A DNA stretch of 63,026 bases, the filler included, from Diploschistes diacapsis (Eukaryota), in the NCBI GenBank assembly GCA_023645945.1. It is 7 parts of 7 records of this genome, joined end to end, with 100 filler letters (N's around TTAATTAATTAA, not from the genome) between each part and the next. Parts side by side here need not be neighbours in the genome. Positions count along the whole stretch, not along the records: positions 27,113 to 36,035 come from JALAIB010001099.1; positions 36,136 to 45,054 come from JALAIB010001100.1; 5 more parts are not named here. One strand, 5' to 3'. The notes below the pieces were generated by a model that saw only the letters and a list, made by a program, of their open reading frames with translations, was not told the origin of the DNA and did no database searches. A program made the position numbers and the translations under genes. This document shows positions 27,492-39,868 of this stretch, piece after piece. Position 1 is the stretch's first letter, and each line of letters opens with the position of its first letter.

Positions 27492-30472
27492 TTAAGTTAC
27501 ATTGACGAAGGCTCTCTTTTTCCCGCTGAGACCAATCTTCTCATCCGTCCACGTATCTTCATCCACATAGTTCTTAGTACCCTTGTCGCGGACTTGAACC
27601 CCAACAAATCGCAAAGCAGCAAGGTTGAAGCCCATTTCATCCTTCTGACTCTGCAGAGCCCGACGAAGCCCTCCCCTTATGCTATCCAGCATGGGCCGCA
27701 TAGTCTTGCTCGCCATGATCTGCCTGTAATGCGTTTTGAGCATGAAGAAGAGCACTCGGCAGGTCAGCGGTATGTTCCACTGCTTTTCGGCCCAGATGTT
27801 GATAAACGTGAAAAGCGCAATTACCCTGTCAAACGTCAAAACCAAAAGGGCGTCTTGTAATGCCGCCGCTTTGATCTTCTCGATCGTGCTCAACACATGT
27901 CGTTCCGCCGAGATGTTGCCAAATGCCATAAAAGTCAGATTTCGTTGGGGAGGAGCAATACTTGGTTGTACTGCCTTGCGCTTTTTCCACTCCGCAACTA
28001 TTTCCAAGTCTTCCATGCCAACCTCCAGTGCTTCGGCTATCCTTTCACCGGCTTTCAAGGTCTCGGTGGTCTGTTTTCCTGCTGTTGCAACTTCACCCTT
28101 CTCCTCGCCTGGCTCCTCTTCTTGCTCCAAAGATGTGGCAAGTGTATTCTCGTAGAGTTCTTCAAGCTCCTTTTCGCGTTCTTCTTCGAGGAACAGTTGC
28201 TCGTCCGTTTGGTGCCATACTCGAATGCTCTTGTCGTGACTTGCAGTTACCAGGAAATCGCCGGTCCTGCTCACTGCTATGGCCCAAATCTCCCCATGGT
28301 GTCCGCTAAGCCGTTGGATCTGCTCGAACTTGTCGCCGTCCCAGTATTTGATCATGCGATCCTTGCTAGCACTGAAGAAATGATGCCCGTTACCATCTTG
28401 ATTGTGAGGTACAAAAGCTACCTGCATAATGCTGTCTTGATGGGCAAAGAATGCCTTGTGGCAATCGCCAAAGTCCAGGCCCCAAAGCCGTACATTCTTG
28501 TCGGCTGAGCAAGTGACGATAAGCTTGCTGTCGAAAGAAATATCCATGTTGAGGACGGGCAGCTTATGTCCGTACAAATTCAGAAACAGCTTGAGAGAAT
28601 CCACAAAAAAGACTTTGACTGTATTATCGAGCGTTGCAACAGCAAGCAACCTTGCGTCCGGAGAGAACCTCAAGCTCAGGATATCATCGGACACTTTTAG
28701 TGTTCTTTTATGCGCAAGCTTCAAATGAGGTGTCGTTCGCCTTGAGCCCGGAATCTCATCTTGGACAATTTCGAAAGCCCAAAATTTTGCAGATTTGTCC
28801 GCTCCCCCTGTGACCATAGACTTGCCATCAGGGTGCACGTGCAGAGTCCAAGTTGGTCCCTCATGGGCTTTAATGGTCTCAATGGGCGTAGAGGACGTTA
28901 TATCAAACAGCTCGAGATCTCCGTTGCGATTGCCCACCACCACAATTTTGTCACCTGGTAGGAAAGCGGAGCACAGGGCGTACCCGCATTCTAGAGTTCG
29001 AATACAGGTTTGCGTCCGCACATTCCAGATTTTCAGGTTCCCATTGGAGGCAGACGCAAGCATCCTATCATCTGAGCTTAAAGACATGGCTCGGATGTCT
29101 GTACGATGGCCAGGCATATTGACTGCAAACGTCCGCTCATAGTCTGGTGGTTGGTCGGATTTGACATGTCTTTCTTTTTGATCCACAGGGACATTGTATA
29201 CTTCTATTTGGTTGTTGGTAGCCACAAGTAGTTGGAGACGCTGTGCAGGCTTTTCCGGTGACCAAGCTAATGAGCTCACCTTACCTTCAGTTCTTACCAG
29301 AACGTATGGGACAATAAGCTCCGAAATGTCAACTTTCGCCATATCTTCGTCGTGTATCTTGTCGCCAGCTTCGGTAACGCCGTCAGCAATTCCTTGACCA
29401 GCAGCCTTTTCCCGTCGTCTTTTCCGCTTTCTTGCTAAAGACTTCTGCACTTCACTTTCTGATCTTATCCGCCACAGCTCAATAGACTTCTCGGTCCCAT
29501 GGGCGGCAATGTATCCAGCTCTAGGATGGAAATGAACACCTATTGTTCTGTCCTTTCCTTGCCTGTAGAGGGTACCGCGCTCATAGAGGTACTTTTGTTC
29601 TCCTGGATCGTCTACTTGCGATACCAGATCTTTGATTCCCCGAAGGTCGATTGACCATATTCGTAGTTCGCCGTCGTTACCAGCCGTAATGCAGCCGTCA
29701 CATCGAGGGGATACGCCCATAGACCAGCATTCCCCATTAGACTGTGCTATATGAGTCTCGATGCAATGTTGCGATCCAAGATCCCAGAGCTTGATCAGAG
29801 CATCTTTGCTCACGCTAAGTAGTACTCCCATGTTCTCCTGGCTTGTTCCATTGGCCGGCACATTGGTATGCGCCTCTTCATCTTGAGCTTTATCGATATC
29901 TCCTTGCACAAGATCGAGGTCGAGAAATTTGATTCCTGTCACCTGATTTTTGTGTCCTCGTAGTCTATACAATCCTACTTCCGCTACCAGATCCCAAATG
30001 ATAATGTCCGTATCCTGCGCACCACTGGCAAGTCGAACGCCAGGCTTGTCAAACACCAAAGCAGTGACTCCCGATTTATGTCCATTAAAGGATATCACCA
30101 CTGTCCCGAGTCGAGAATCCCATAGCCTGATGCTCCCATCTCCATATCCAACGGCATACAGGTCAGTGTCAGCTTCGCTGCGCGCAAGAGCGGTGACCTG
30201 GGCAGTACACTGACTGTCTTGCCATCGGCCTAGTAACTCCCCTTTCTTGACATCCCAGCAGAGCACCTCCTCATTTGCAGCCGTTATGGCATGGCCAGCC
30301 CCAGTTCTTCGCGCATTAGAGGGCAGCTCCGCATCTTCGTGTGTCCACACAACGTTGGCGCCAGGTGAGGTGACTAGTCCAAACGTTTTTGAATGCTCAT
30401 ACTTTCTATCATTGTCAGCAAGTCCGTACGGTTGGGATTCTAGCAACTCACTTACAAGTAGGACTTAACCAT
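27492..30472 (-). CDS. UTP12: SSU processome WD40 protein Utp12/Dip2 (WDR3); intron 30455-30406
   Basis: Spliced start MVKSYL|KYEHSKTFG, many WD repeats, GHRTDIR, LYGHKLPVL, SADKNVRLWGLDFGDCHK, and a C-terminal Utp12 region (GFNLAAL). Confidence 0.96.
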
Positions 30473-30781
30473 GATGCGCGGCTGAGGACCTGAAGTCGGA
30501 GTTGTCACTTTTTTCTTTTTGCGGAGCAGGAATGCTTGGCATTCACGGAGCGATCTCCGCTGTAGTGCATGGTGCTTGGTAGGGCAGTGCTCATAGCGCC
30601 CGCATGCCCTGCCATACTTAAGCGAGAGTTCTTATGGGAAGCTCTGTGGGCTACTAATCGTCTATAACTGCCATTTGCGACATCGCCATCGACATCTAGA
30701 CATTGACGTACGTCTGCCGGCCCAGCCCAAGGTCAAGCTAAAATAACGCCCCCTTTTAGCCATGATTTGTAGCCTGCCACA
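30473..30781. promoter_or_regulatory. Short divergent intergenic region; probable bidirectional promoter of UTP12 and ARC35
   Basis: The two ATGs (30472 on -, 30782 on +) are head-to-head, 309 bp apart. Confidence 0.6.
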
Positions 30782-32050
30782 ATGCTGCTACTAGATTACC
30801 AGAATGTTCTCATTCAAGCCCTCCTTACGGAGCGGTTCTCCGGGTAAGCACTCGTGCTTCAAAACAACTTTGCAGGTAGTTGAGCTGACGAAGAAGTGCT
30901 TCTCCGATATCAATCGACCAGGTTGTCTCCGACTTCGATGGTGTCACTTTTCACATATCTACACCAGAGTCAAAGTCCAAGATCCGCATCTCAATGGCCA
31001 TAAGATGCTTCAATGACTTGATACAGTACGGCGCGCAAAAAGAGCTGGAAAGAGAGTATGGCAATTACATTGTGGAGCCCGAGGCTGGTTACGATTTTTC
31101 AATCATGATCGACCTGGACGCTCTTCCTCCCTCATCTGGTGCATACAGAGGCCTGTCCTAACCAATATTTTCCGGCTAACATTTTTCAGAGGAGAAAGAA
31201 CAGTTAATCAAAAGTATCTCGCTTCTCAAACGGAATGCCATGGCTGCCCCCTATGAAAGGGCATTTGATGAGCATGGGAGACTGGCAGAGGAGGCAGCAA
31301 AATACACCTCAGAATCAGCACCACAGGGAATGAAGGAGGGTGGAGAGGTTATGGCTATACATTACCGTGAGGAGGAAGCGATCTACATAAAGGCCAGCCA
31401 CGACCGAGTAACCGTGATTTTTAGCACAATTTTTAGGGATGAGACAGACAGAGTCTTCGGTAAGGTCTTTCTGCAAGTAAGACATTCTCAGCATAAGAAC
31501 TCAGTCGAAATGCTGACTCGCATGGTCAGGAATTCGTTGATGCTCGACGGCGCGCAATCCAAAATGCACCACAGGTTTTATTCCGCAACGAGCCACCGCT
31601 AGAACTTCAGCATGTCCCTGGTCTTCCGAAATCCAGTAAAGGAGAAGTCGGATACATTACGTTTGGTTAGTGGAGTATCGTCCGGTTGTTGGTGTCTCTG
31701 CTACGTTCAGTAACCGTTTACAGTGCTATTTCCGCGACATCTGAAGTCCCAACGGCGCGTTGAAACTATCTCTCACATTCAAACATTCCGAGACTATTTC
31801 CACTATCACATTAAAGCTTCAAAGGTTAAATCCCTGGAGGACGTACCCGCAACTTCAGACTGATTCCAAACAGGCATACATACATTCACGAATGCGGCGA
31901 CGAACAGCAGACTTTTTGCAAAGTGAGTTTGAATATCGGAAATACTGAAGATGTCTCACTAATCTTGTAGTCCTAAATCGAGCAAGACCCGAGAATGAGG
32001 AGAAAGAAAGGAAAACAGCAAGTGGGCGCACTTTCCGTGTCCAAGGATAA
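30782..32050 (+). CDS. ARC35: Arp2/3 complex 34-kDa subunit (ARPC2), multi-exon
   Basis: [95 protein letters not shown]. The exons are bounded by GT-AG introns. Confidence 0.96.
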
Positions 32051-34009
32051 CGCAGCTCCCGCCAGTTACGAATGACGAGGCTGAGCCTCTCTGGTGTTCT
32101 GGCAGAACTTCTCAAGGTGAATAGTGTCAAGAAAAGCCTGGCCAGAAACGTTTCCCCGGTGGCAGTTGCGGCTTCCGAGGTCAGGATCCCCTGCATATCC
32201 TCTTATGCCCTAATGATAGCACAGTGCTACTTTCTAAGGGCATCCAACATTTGTGTGTGTTTTGAACATATCATAGTGCCCTCCAGGTCGTCAATAGACA
32301 AGATGCACATGGAGCTTTGGGTTACGCTTGATTAGCGTTAGGGCTGGGTCATGAATAGAGTGCTCGTAGAGGAAAAGGTGGTATATCCAGTAGTATTGCT
32401 AGGAAGTAAGTTGTGTACTTGGACCCAAGTGGCGCACACACTTGATCAACGACGCTAGTGTACGAATCTCTCTGCCGAGGTGACATTTTCCAACGAGTGC
32501 CAAAACCTCATGGCCTTAAGCGCCTAAGACTCGTTCGGAAGAAGAACGTTGGGTGACATTCAATATCGTGTGTGGCGTCACGTGGCCGTTTTCCGGTGCA
32601 GAGATAGACCAGATCATTGGCATTGGCCAGCATTCTTAAATGTGGCCGAAATAAGTACGGAGTAGGTGTAAGCTATACACTGTAGCTATAGCTGCATGTC
32701 GCTGTACCTGTACCGTGCGTCCAAAGGGCTCTGGGGGGGAGGTTCTTTCCGATAGGAGATATGAGACTTCACATGACCATATCGAGCATGAACTTAAGCT
32801 TTTTTGCGAGAAATTTTGGGTTGGGAATTTTGACAGTGTGAAGTGTGATATTGATATGCACTAGGGCTCGGTTATCCACATCTGCCACCACCTCAGCCAC
32901 AAGGGGACTGATCCAGACCCGTGCTTTGGCGGACAATGGAGGAAACTTTCCGCAGAAGTCGTACGTGGCTGGTAAGCTGATGATTATAGCACACGCTGCT
33001 GCTCAATCTTTAGCATCTATCGCCACTGTGTGTGAATTCATAATACAACAACGTACCACTACGGTACTACGGCTGGCTAGGAAGGTGGCCAAAGCCTACC
33101 TTGTGATGTTGCCTCTCTCTCCTACGAATACGATGTCTTAGAGCCACATGGTAGCAAGCTTGACCTGGAGCCCTGGAGCGCTTAACTCCGTGTATTCCCC
33201 CACAGAGCGAAAAATGAACTAAATCTGTTGGGTCATGCTGCTCCTTCTGCTGTAAGTTCTAGGAGGTACGTATAATTGCAATTGCACGTGTGTGGACGTA
33301 GATAGGCTACGTCTAATGTGCCCTGTGTCCCGAAAAGGCTCAAAGGGTCCTACCGTACCTAGCAGTAGTACCCCCTCTAGCCCTGTTCTCGGCCATCAGG
33401 AGAACCATAAGCTAAGGAGGCAGAACATGGGAGAGGAAAAAAGGTGCTGCATCCAAAAGTTCGCCATTTGACGTGTATCAGTTGGACGGTTGGACTCTTC
33501 GTTCCTGTTCTTTCCCTTGGGCTGCCCCAATAAGCTTAGCCTGTCCGCCAGTCCTGGCGAAGGCCTGCCCCATCCATCTCTCGTCCCCTTGTCGACCCAA
33601 ATCTGATGGCCAATCCCTCGTCTCCTATTAGTCCTCACATGCTTGGAGGTTATCCCCGATGCCCTCGAAAATACAAGAAGACTACTGCACCAAGGTTCCC
33701 TTGCCATGGCTTGTCCAACCCGCGCTTTTGTAGAGCCCCGTCTAGACAAGACGAGAGAAATGGACGGCAGGCTCGGGTCTAGCGCCTGCATCATACCCCA
33801 TTGAGACCTTTCGTTCCTGCATAACATCTTAGAATACCTGCTATATTCAGCTAAGGGGCGAGCGTCGTTGTTATCATTGAGCATGCCCCCCTTATGTAAG
33901 ATGTCATTTATTTCGAGATGAGATGCTCCCTCTGGTCCCATCGATATTCTGATCATGGTTGAGCGTGTATGCTCCTTTGCTCAGTCGATCACCGAGTGCC
34001 ATCAAGATA

Positions 34010-36026
34010 ATGTCGAGTTCGGGCATCACAAAGCGTGCCTGCGATGCCTGTCATAGACGCAAGGTGAGGGAGGCTCAACTGCGTTGTTATGACTCCGGGG
34101 CGCCAACTGATTCGGACCGAATAGGTTCGTTGCAATGGAGCCCATCCATGCCAAAATTGCTCGCAGTCCTCCCTAAACTGCACCTTTGACAAACCCCCTC
34201 AAAAGAAGGGACCAAAGGGAAGTCGATCAAAGGTCATCTCAGAGCTTAGAAAATCGCAAGAGCAATCATCGTCTTCCAAACCCAGAGATGGCTTGCATCC
34301 TCTTTCGCCAACGGGGTCGTCAATGCTGGCGAGGCAGCCAGAGGCCCTGCCACCGGACCTCGTCGACGCCTGCATAACGGAATTCTTCGACAAGATGTTT
34401 ACTACCGTTCCGATCCTGCATCGGGGTTGGGTCCAGCAGCGGGCATCCGAAATCACGACTTCTCCGGAGGCTTACTGCGTTATCGGAGCCCTGTGCGTCT
34501 ACATGGTTGCTCTGCTACGCGTTGAAATGCCTGCCCCATCTAATCCGCTCAGTATGGCGAGCACCAGATCGCAAACGAATAGCTTAGGCTTACGTCTTGT
34601 CGAAGACATCAAGCGGATGAGAAACCAGACCGACTACTCCGACAACCCAACTACCGGCACCATCCTCACTTCGTTCTTCCTGTCAGCCGGACTGTTCAAT
34701 CTTGAGCGGCAAAATACAGGGTGGTTCTACTTGCAAGAGGCAATCACGTTCGTGAAGATGATGCGAATCCATCGCGAGGAATCCTACAGCACAGGCGGAC
34801 CACAGGATGTCATGAACAGGCGCTTATTCTGGATCCTTTTCATCTCGGAGAGGTAGCTCTAGAGCTCCCTTGCGTCGGCAGACCGCTGAGATTCAATAGA
34901 GCCCAAGCTTTACACAAACATCGCGACATCCTACTGCACGAAACGATCGATTTTCCACAACCCGATCCAGACGATCCTGTCGACGAACTTGGTATCAAAG
35001 GCCTCACCTGTCTGTACAATATGTTCGGGGCGGTGGACGATAGATTTTCGGAAACCTGGACCAGTCTAAGGTCAGCCACTAGAGTTGCGTGGCCTCAAAA
35101 CACAGCCACATGGCTTGCAGGTCTACAGCAACAACTCACCGAGGCCGTGCCGCTTGATCTCAAGTGTACAAAGATCCAGGAGGCGGACCTGCGAGTGACC
35201 CAACAGTGGCTTCGACTCGTTGTGTGGCAGCTCTCCACCGCCAGCGGCTGTCTATCTTCAGCTGCTCATGATGAATCAATGACCCTTTTGTACCCAATCA
35301 AACTCTCAAAAGAACTAGCCGAGACTCTCCAGTATATCGAGGTGTCGGCGATGGACGTACACGGTATAGGATTGGTAATTATGCTTTGTTGTCTTCTTCG
35401 TGAGTCGCGCTAACAAAACCCTCCTGTAGGTCGAAAAGCTGTTCGACATCGCATACAGTCTTGCAGACATTATAGCCCTCAACGCGGTTGAGACTGGTAC
35501 ATACGAAGCGGGACCTGGCGACCATTTGACTGCCTTCCTGAGCTTCGTATCGACTCTTCGAAACGGCGAAACCAAATTTGTTGGCCTGTTGCAAGCTAAG
35601 ATACGCGAAGTCCTTCCTTCCCTGGCCATTTCTCTAGGCCTTCTACATCCTCCTCCGCCACCGCCTACGCCCTCGTCCACACGCTCGGCAAGTTCGTCAG
35701 GCAATGCTCATCAGCCCCTTATTCCACCACTTGGACGACTCGATGGTACCGAAAGTTCAGTGTCCAGCCCTTACGGAAGCCCGTCAGCAATGACCAGCGC
35801 TCCTCCTCATACGTCTGTACCGATGAGGTTTGCTGTTGGTCGTCAAGTAGCGTCGCCGGCGAGTCCCGATGCTGGGGATGCTGCAACGACAATGAGTATG
35901 GGTGTGTCACGCAGCATCGGCTCGCCCGCTGGCTCGACGTCCGAAAGTGGCGTATCGGAGAATCTGGGAAACGTAAGAGGCGCTAACCCCTATCCATCGA
36001 ACTTTGGATCAGGGCCAGGCTATTAG
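34010..36026 (+). CDS. Zn(II)2Cys6 transcription factor, sugar-utilisation regulator type (MalR/AmyR/InuR-like), 4 exons
   Basis: ACDACHRRK|VRCNGAHPCQNCSQSSLNCTF..KKGPKG across intron 34064-34124. Fungal TF middle region RRLFWILFISER, QEADLRVTQQWL, HGIGL|VEKLFDIA. Confidence 0.9.
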
Positions 36027-36035
36027 GATTTAAGC

Positions 36036-36135
36036 NNNNNNNNNNNNNNNNNNNNNNNNNNNNNNNNNNNNNNNNNNNNTTAATTAATTAANNNNNNNNN
36101 NNNNNNNNNNNNNNNNNNNNNNNNNNNNNNNNNNN
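36036..36135. other. Artificial contig-joining spacer
   Basis: N44-TTAATTAATTAA-N44. Confidence 0.99.
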
Positions 36136-36689
36136 CTGCTGCGGGCCTTTGCTGGTGGGGGGGGTTTCTCGTCCTTTGGGCTGCCGAGCAAGGGTGCATA
36201 TTGTGTATGGCGGGAGCCATGGGACATGTTTGTCAGTGGGGGAGTTCTTGGGAAAAGGGTGGATCGACGCCTATTAGGCAGACACGGAGGGAAAAAATGC
36301 ATCTATATAGGCCGTGGGTTTATCGGTCTGGTCCCGACGTTGTAAAACCCCAAGGTTTATTAGCAGATACAAGTAGCCTGGGAAATGCTAGATTTTGCAC
36401 AAAGGCCACAAAAATCAGTTCCTTGATGGTCTATAAAACCAAGCCATCCCCTCCCTCCCCTCTTCACGTAGAGCTAAAGCGTTGAAAGGTGTGCCAGTTC
36501 TACATTTGCCATGTTCATGTTCGTGAGAATAGGAATTTAGCTTGCCAGCTTCTTTGGCGCCCCCCCTTTAAGTAAGTGGCTTAAAATGTGGTTGATTTGC
36601 CAAGCTTGTCCATATGTGGTCCAACTGCCACGCAAAGGTAAACCATTCTAGTAAATAGGTATTTGTTGCACATGACAGCTGAACTGATC

Positions 36690-38326
36690 CTGAGAGAACC
36701 CCCCGAGTCACTAGCCTTCAAAGTCCTGCTTAGCCTCGATGCGGGCGAAGAAGATCAGCGTGATGTTGAACTCGAACTTCTTTTTGGGGCGATCGACCAT
36801 TCCCCCAAATGGTCTCGAGCTTTTACGTCGATTTCCTTTCCCCCTGCGTGTCCTTGGCCTTGCTGATCTAGAAGACGGCGAGCATCCGCACGACAAGCGG
36901 TGGAAGCACTCGCGTCCGCAAAGGAGCGACCGGCGTGAAACCTTCGTCCGTAGCCAAATGCGAGATCGTTGGGGGTCAGGCTCGTCGAGTGGCGCCATGT
37001 ACTTTCTCGGGCTTGTAGATGTTAGGGTCCGAGTACTCCTTGGGGTCTTGTAATAAGAACCACCATGGGAGAGGGACCAAATATGCTCCTTCGGGGGATA
37101 ATATAGTCCTGATAGGTGATGTATTCTTCCGATGTCTGGGCTAAGCCCATGGTCCAACGGGGATGCCGCCGCCATGCTTCTTTCACGATGCCGTCCATGT
37201 ATGGTAGATTCTTTGCTGTCTTTGTACCCAGGGAGCCCGATCGCTGCCGACGAAGCGGTCAATCTCCTCCCGTGCCCTGCGCCGCATTTCGGGAAACATT
37301 ACCATGGCAGGAATGAAACTATGTAGAATCGCAACCGTGCTGTCCGACCCCGCAGCGTAGAGACTGACAGCAGTCCACTTAATAGCTTCTTCGTCTTCTG
37401 GTGCCAAGTTGGGGTCATTGCCATTCTTAGCGATGCTCTGTTGCAGTAGGTTGGAGACGTTAGACGGTCGGTGGGGTACTCTTTACCATCTGCTGCCGAA
37501 CGAAAGAGTAGGGAGCTCTGCCGCCGCCTCGTGGACTGCTTTCCGTTCCCGAGCTGTGTGCTTGTACGACATGCTGGGAAAGCCCTCGGGAAGACGGTCG
37601 ATAGCTGGAACGGGGTCAACGAGCTAGGAAAGAGGTACAACCGCGTGGGACAGGTGCTCCATCGCATGTTCGATCACATCAACCACTGGATCGGCCTTCT
37701 TTCGCTTACCAGATAGCCATACGTGATCTGCGAAATGATGGCTGCCGCCAAACTGTGAAATTCAGCGAGCTTGTCAGCTAAGTAGGTACAATTATTGTGT
37801 TCCACAGCGCTGCAGATCTAAGGTACATTTTCAGGTGTCATATCACAGTTATCAGGGTCATTGAACGTCATCGGAACAAACTGAAGGGCTTGCTTCTCTT
37901 GCATGGGTTTGAAACCGGCCGACAAGGACTTGACGCCCACCTGCTTATGCAACAGCTTTCGATGCTTCCGAAGGTGTCGTTATGCTGATGGGTAATCAGG
38001 AAGTTCTCGAAGCCACACAACGACGCAAAATTCAACTGCGGTCTCCGACGTTTTCTGTGACCTTCGCCGCCTCTTTGTGATTAAGATGACGAAGGTAAGG
38101 CCCATCACGATGATGGAACTGATGGGACCATTGGTGTCGTTGTGTTTGAGCGAATGTAGGAATTCCGGTTCCCTTTGGGTGGAGATCCAAGACATTCCCG
38201 ACGATGGATAGAGGCGTTGGCCGGGGAGGAAGGCGAAAGTGTGATTTCCGTTTTGGATGTTGTTAATAGATTAGGAAGTCGATGAAAGCGACGAGACTGG
38301 CTTGGATGAACAGCCAACATACTCAT
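36690..38326 (-). pseudogene. Cytochrome P450 pseudogene, OrdA-like, resembling fumagillin Fma-P450 (Af510)
   Basis: Fragments in shifting frames: LPPRPTPLSIVGNVLDL, PEFLHSLKHNDTNGPISSIIVMG, PQLNFASLCGFENFLITHQ, I-helix AIKWTAVSLYAAGSDST, AREEIDRFVG. The heme motif reads FGYGRRFHAG (Cys lost) near 36925-36960. Many indels and stops. Confidence 0.9.
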
Positions 38327-38417
38327 GATGACAGGTAGAAAGGCCGGTTCTTCCACAAGTTGGAAGCATGGCAGGATCTTCCCAAAACTAGACACCTGTG
38401 TCAAGTCTTTTGAACAA

Positions 38418-38472
38418 TGGTTAGCCAATTTAGTGGACCGTCATTTGAACCAGTGGTTAGCCAATTTAGTGG
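38418..38472 (+). repeat. Short direct duplication TGGTTAGCCAATTTAGTGG x2 in the P450/terpene cyclase intergenic region
   Basis: Identical 19-mers at 38418-38436 and 38454-38472, each preceded by TTTGAAC and containing CCAAT. Confidence 0.85.
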
Positions 38473-38904
38473 TTCCCACGCTTACTCAATTAGGAACATC
38501 AACCTCTGGCTTGCTTTGGGAAAAGGACATCTACCTGCCAGGGTCAAAAGCACCTGCAGTGGCCAGAATAGATACGTGACAGTGAACATTGAGACGCATC
38601 TATGGAATCCAATTAAGGGATGCCTTTGACCAGTAGACATTGTCTAGATTCAAAATTTTGTGCCCTGGAGCTGCATGATCAGCCAGCTGGAATTCGAATG
38701 CTCATCTGACGAAGCAGGTAGAGTCGGAAGTACCCCGTTTGAGCGCAAAGATCCTTCAAGTCCTAACGTAATCGACGGAATGCTCAAGGGTTATGGTTTG
38801 GAGAAGCATGAATATTAGTATCATAGCCTGTCTTGACAGGTTTGCCTCGCCCCTGCATCATCCGTCATGGCAGCTGCTCCATACTAGCTTTGTCGCTTCT
38901 AACC

Positions 38905-39868
38905 ATGAAGAGTATCATCGGGTTGAGCATTCGTCCTTTGGAGTCTTTAAAAAACTTTGTACTTGTTTGGCAAGTCGGATATCCCAGCCGCCGCTTGGCC
39001 TTCGGTGCGCGGTACGCAATACCCCCTCTAGCTTGCCCTTAATTAACGAAGTGGATGCTGTGGCCATTGTGCTCGCCGGGCCCTCAAGCTCCAACTTAAT
39101 CGTAAAGGGCTTTCTTTGGAACCAGTTACACCTGCTTGCTTTTTAGGTATATTCCAGGAATCTTGCTTTGGAACCCACATCCGGATAATGTAACCGAAGG
39201 TCAAGAACCGAGTCCGTACAGCCATTCGTTTATGGAGAAATAACGCATTTGCTCACTCGAAAGGTCAGATCGATGGCGTGGAAGGGGCTAGGATAGCAAA
39301 GCCACATCCCGCTTGCCATCCGGTCGAATGTTCGTCGGAAAACGCACGTGTGCTGTACCGCGTTCTACTCATGTTGACGTGGGCGGCTGCCTTCTATACA
39401 AGAACGGTTCCATGTGTCCCGGTCTGCTCGGTGGCCATCGTGGTATACAGCGAAGGAGGGCTGGCCAAGGTACCCATCGTAAAGGATGTTGTCGGGGCCA
39501 TTGGACTGGCATGCTACTGCTGGGGAACCACCATCATCCTCGGGTATGGTCGTCTCTTGCTCGCGCATCTTGCCTATACTCGGGCCATGCTAATACTAGC
39601 TTCGACGATAGGTCTAATCACACCGTAGCGGCCGCGGCTCGTGGCTAGTGTCGCTTTTGCTCTTGCGGAAGTCTAAAGTGCCTCGGCGGGTGTTTCGAGC
39701 TACGATAAGGACGACTTCGTGTCGTACTGCTGGGACGGCGTAAGTGACATCCATGACAGCCTTCTCAATGTCGGAAAGAAATTGTGTTCACGATTTTTTC
39801 GACAGTTCCGGCTTCTTGGGGCCAACTTATTCCCTATCTTTCCATGGTTGAGAGGCGAAATGCTATAG
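38905..39868 (+). pseudogene. UbiA-type membrane terpene cyclase pseudogene resembling beta-trans-bergamotene synthase Fma-TC (Af520)
   Basis: Fragments LYLFGKSDIPAA, AVAIVLAGP..IVKGFLWNQLHLLAF*, VKN|IDG..IAKPH/LPSGR, AIVVYSEGGLAKVPIVKDVVGAIGLACYCWGTTIIL, SSYDKDDFVSYCW, LLGANLFPIFPWLRGEML*. Frameshifts, premature stops and deletion of the second Asp-rich motif region. Confidence 0.88.

Noticed and set aside
12098..32050. RVS167 and ARC35 (both endocytic/actin genes) apparently co-located
   Set aside because: They are on different contigs; the proximity is coincidental.
34010..39868. Zn2Cys6 factor as regulator of the P450/terpene cyclase relic
   Set aside because: A contig spacer (36036-36135) separates them, and the factor looks like a sugar-utilisation regulator.
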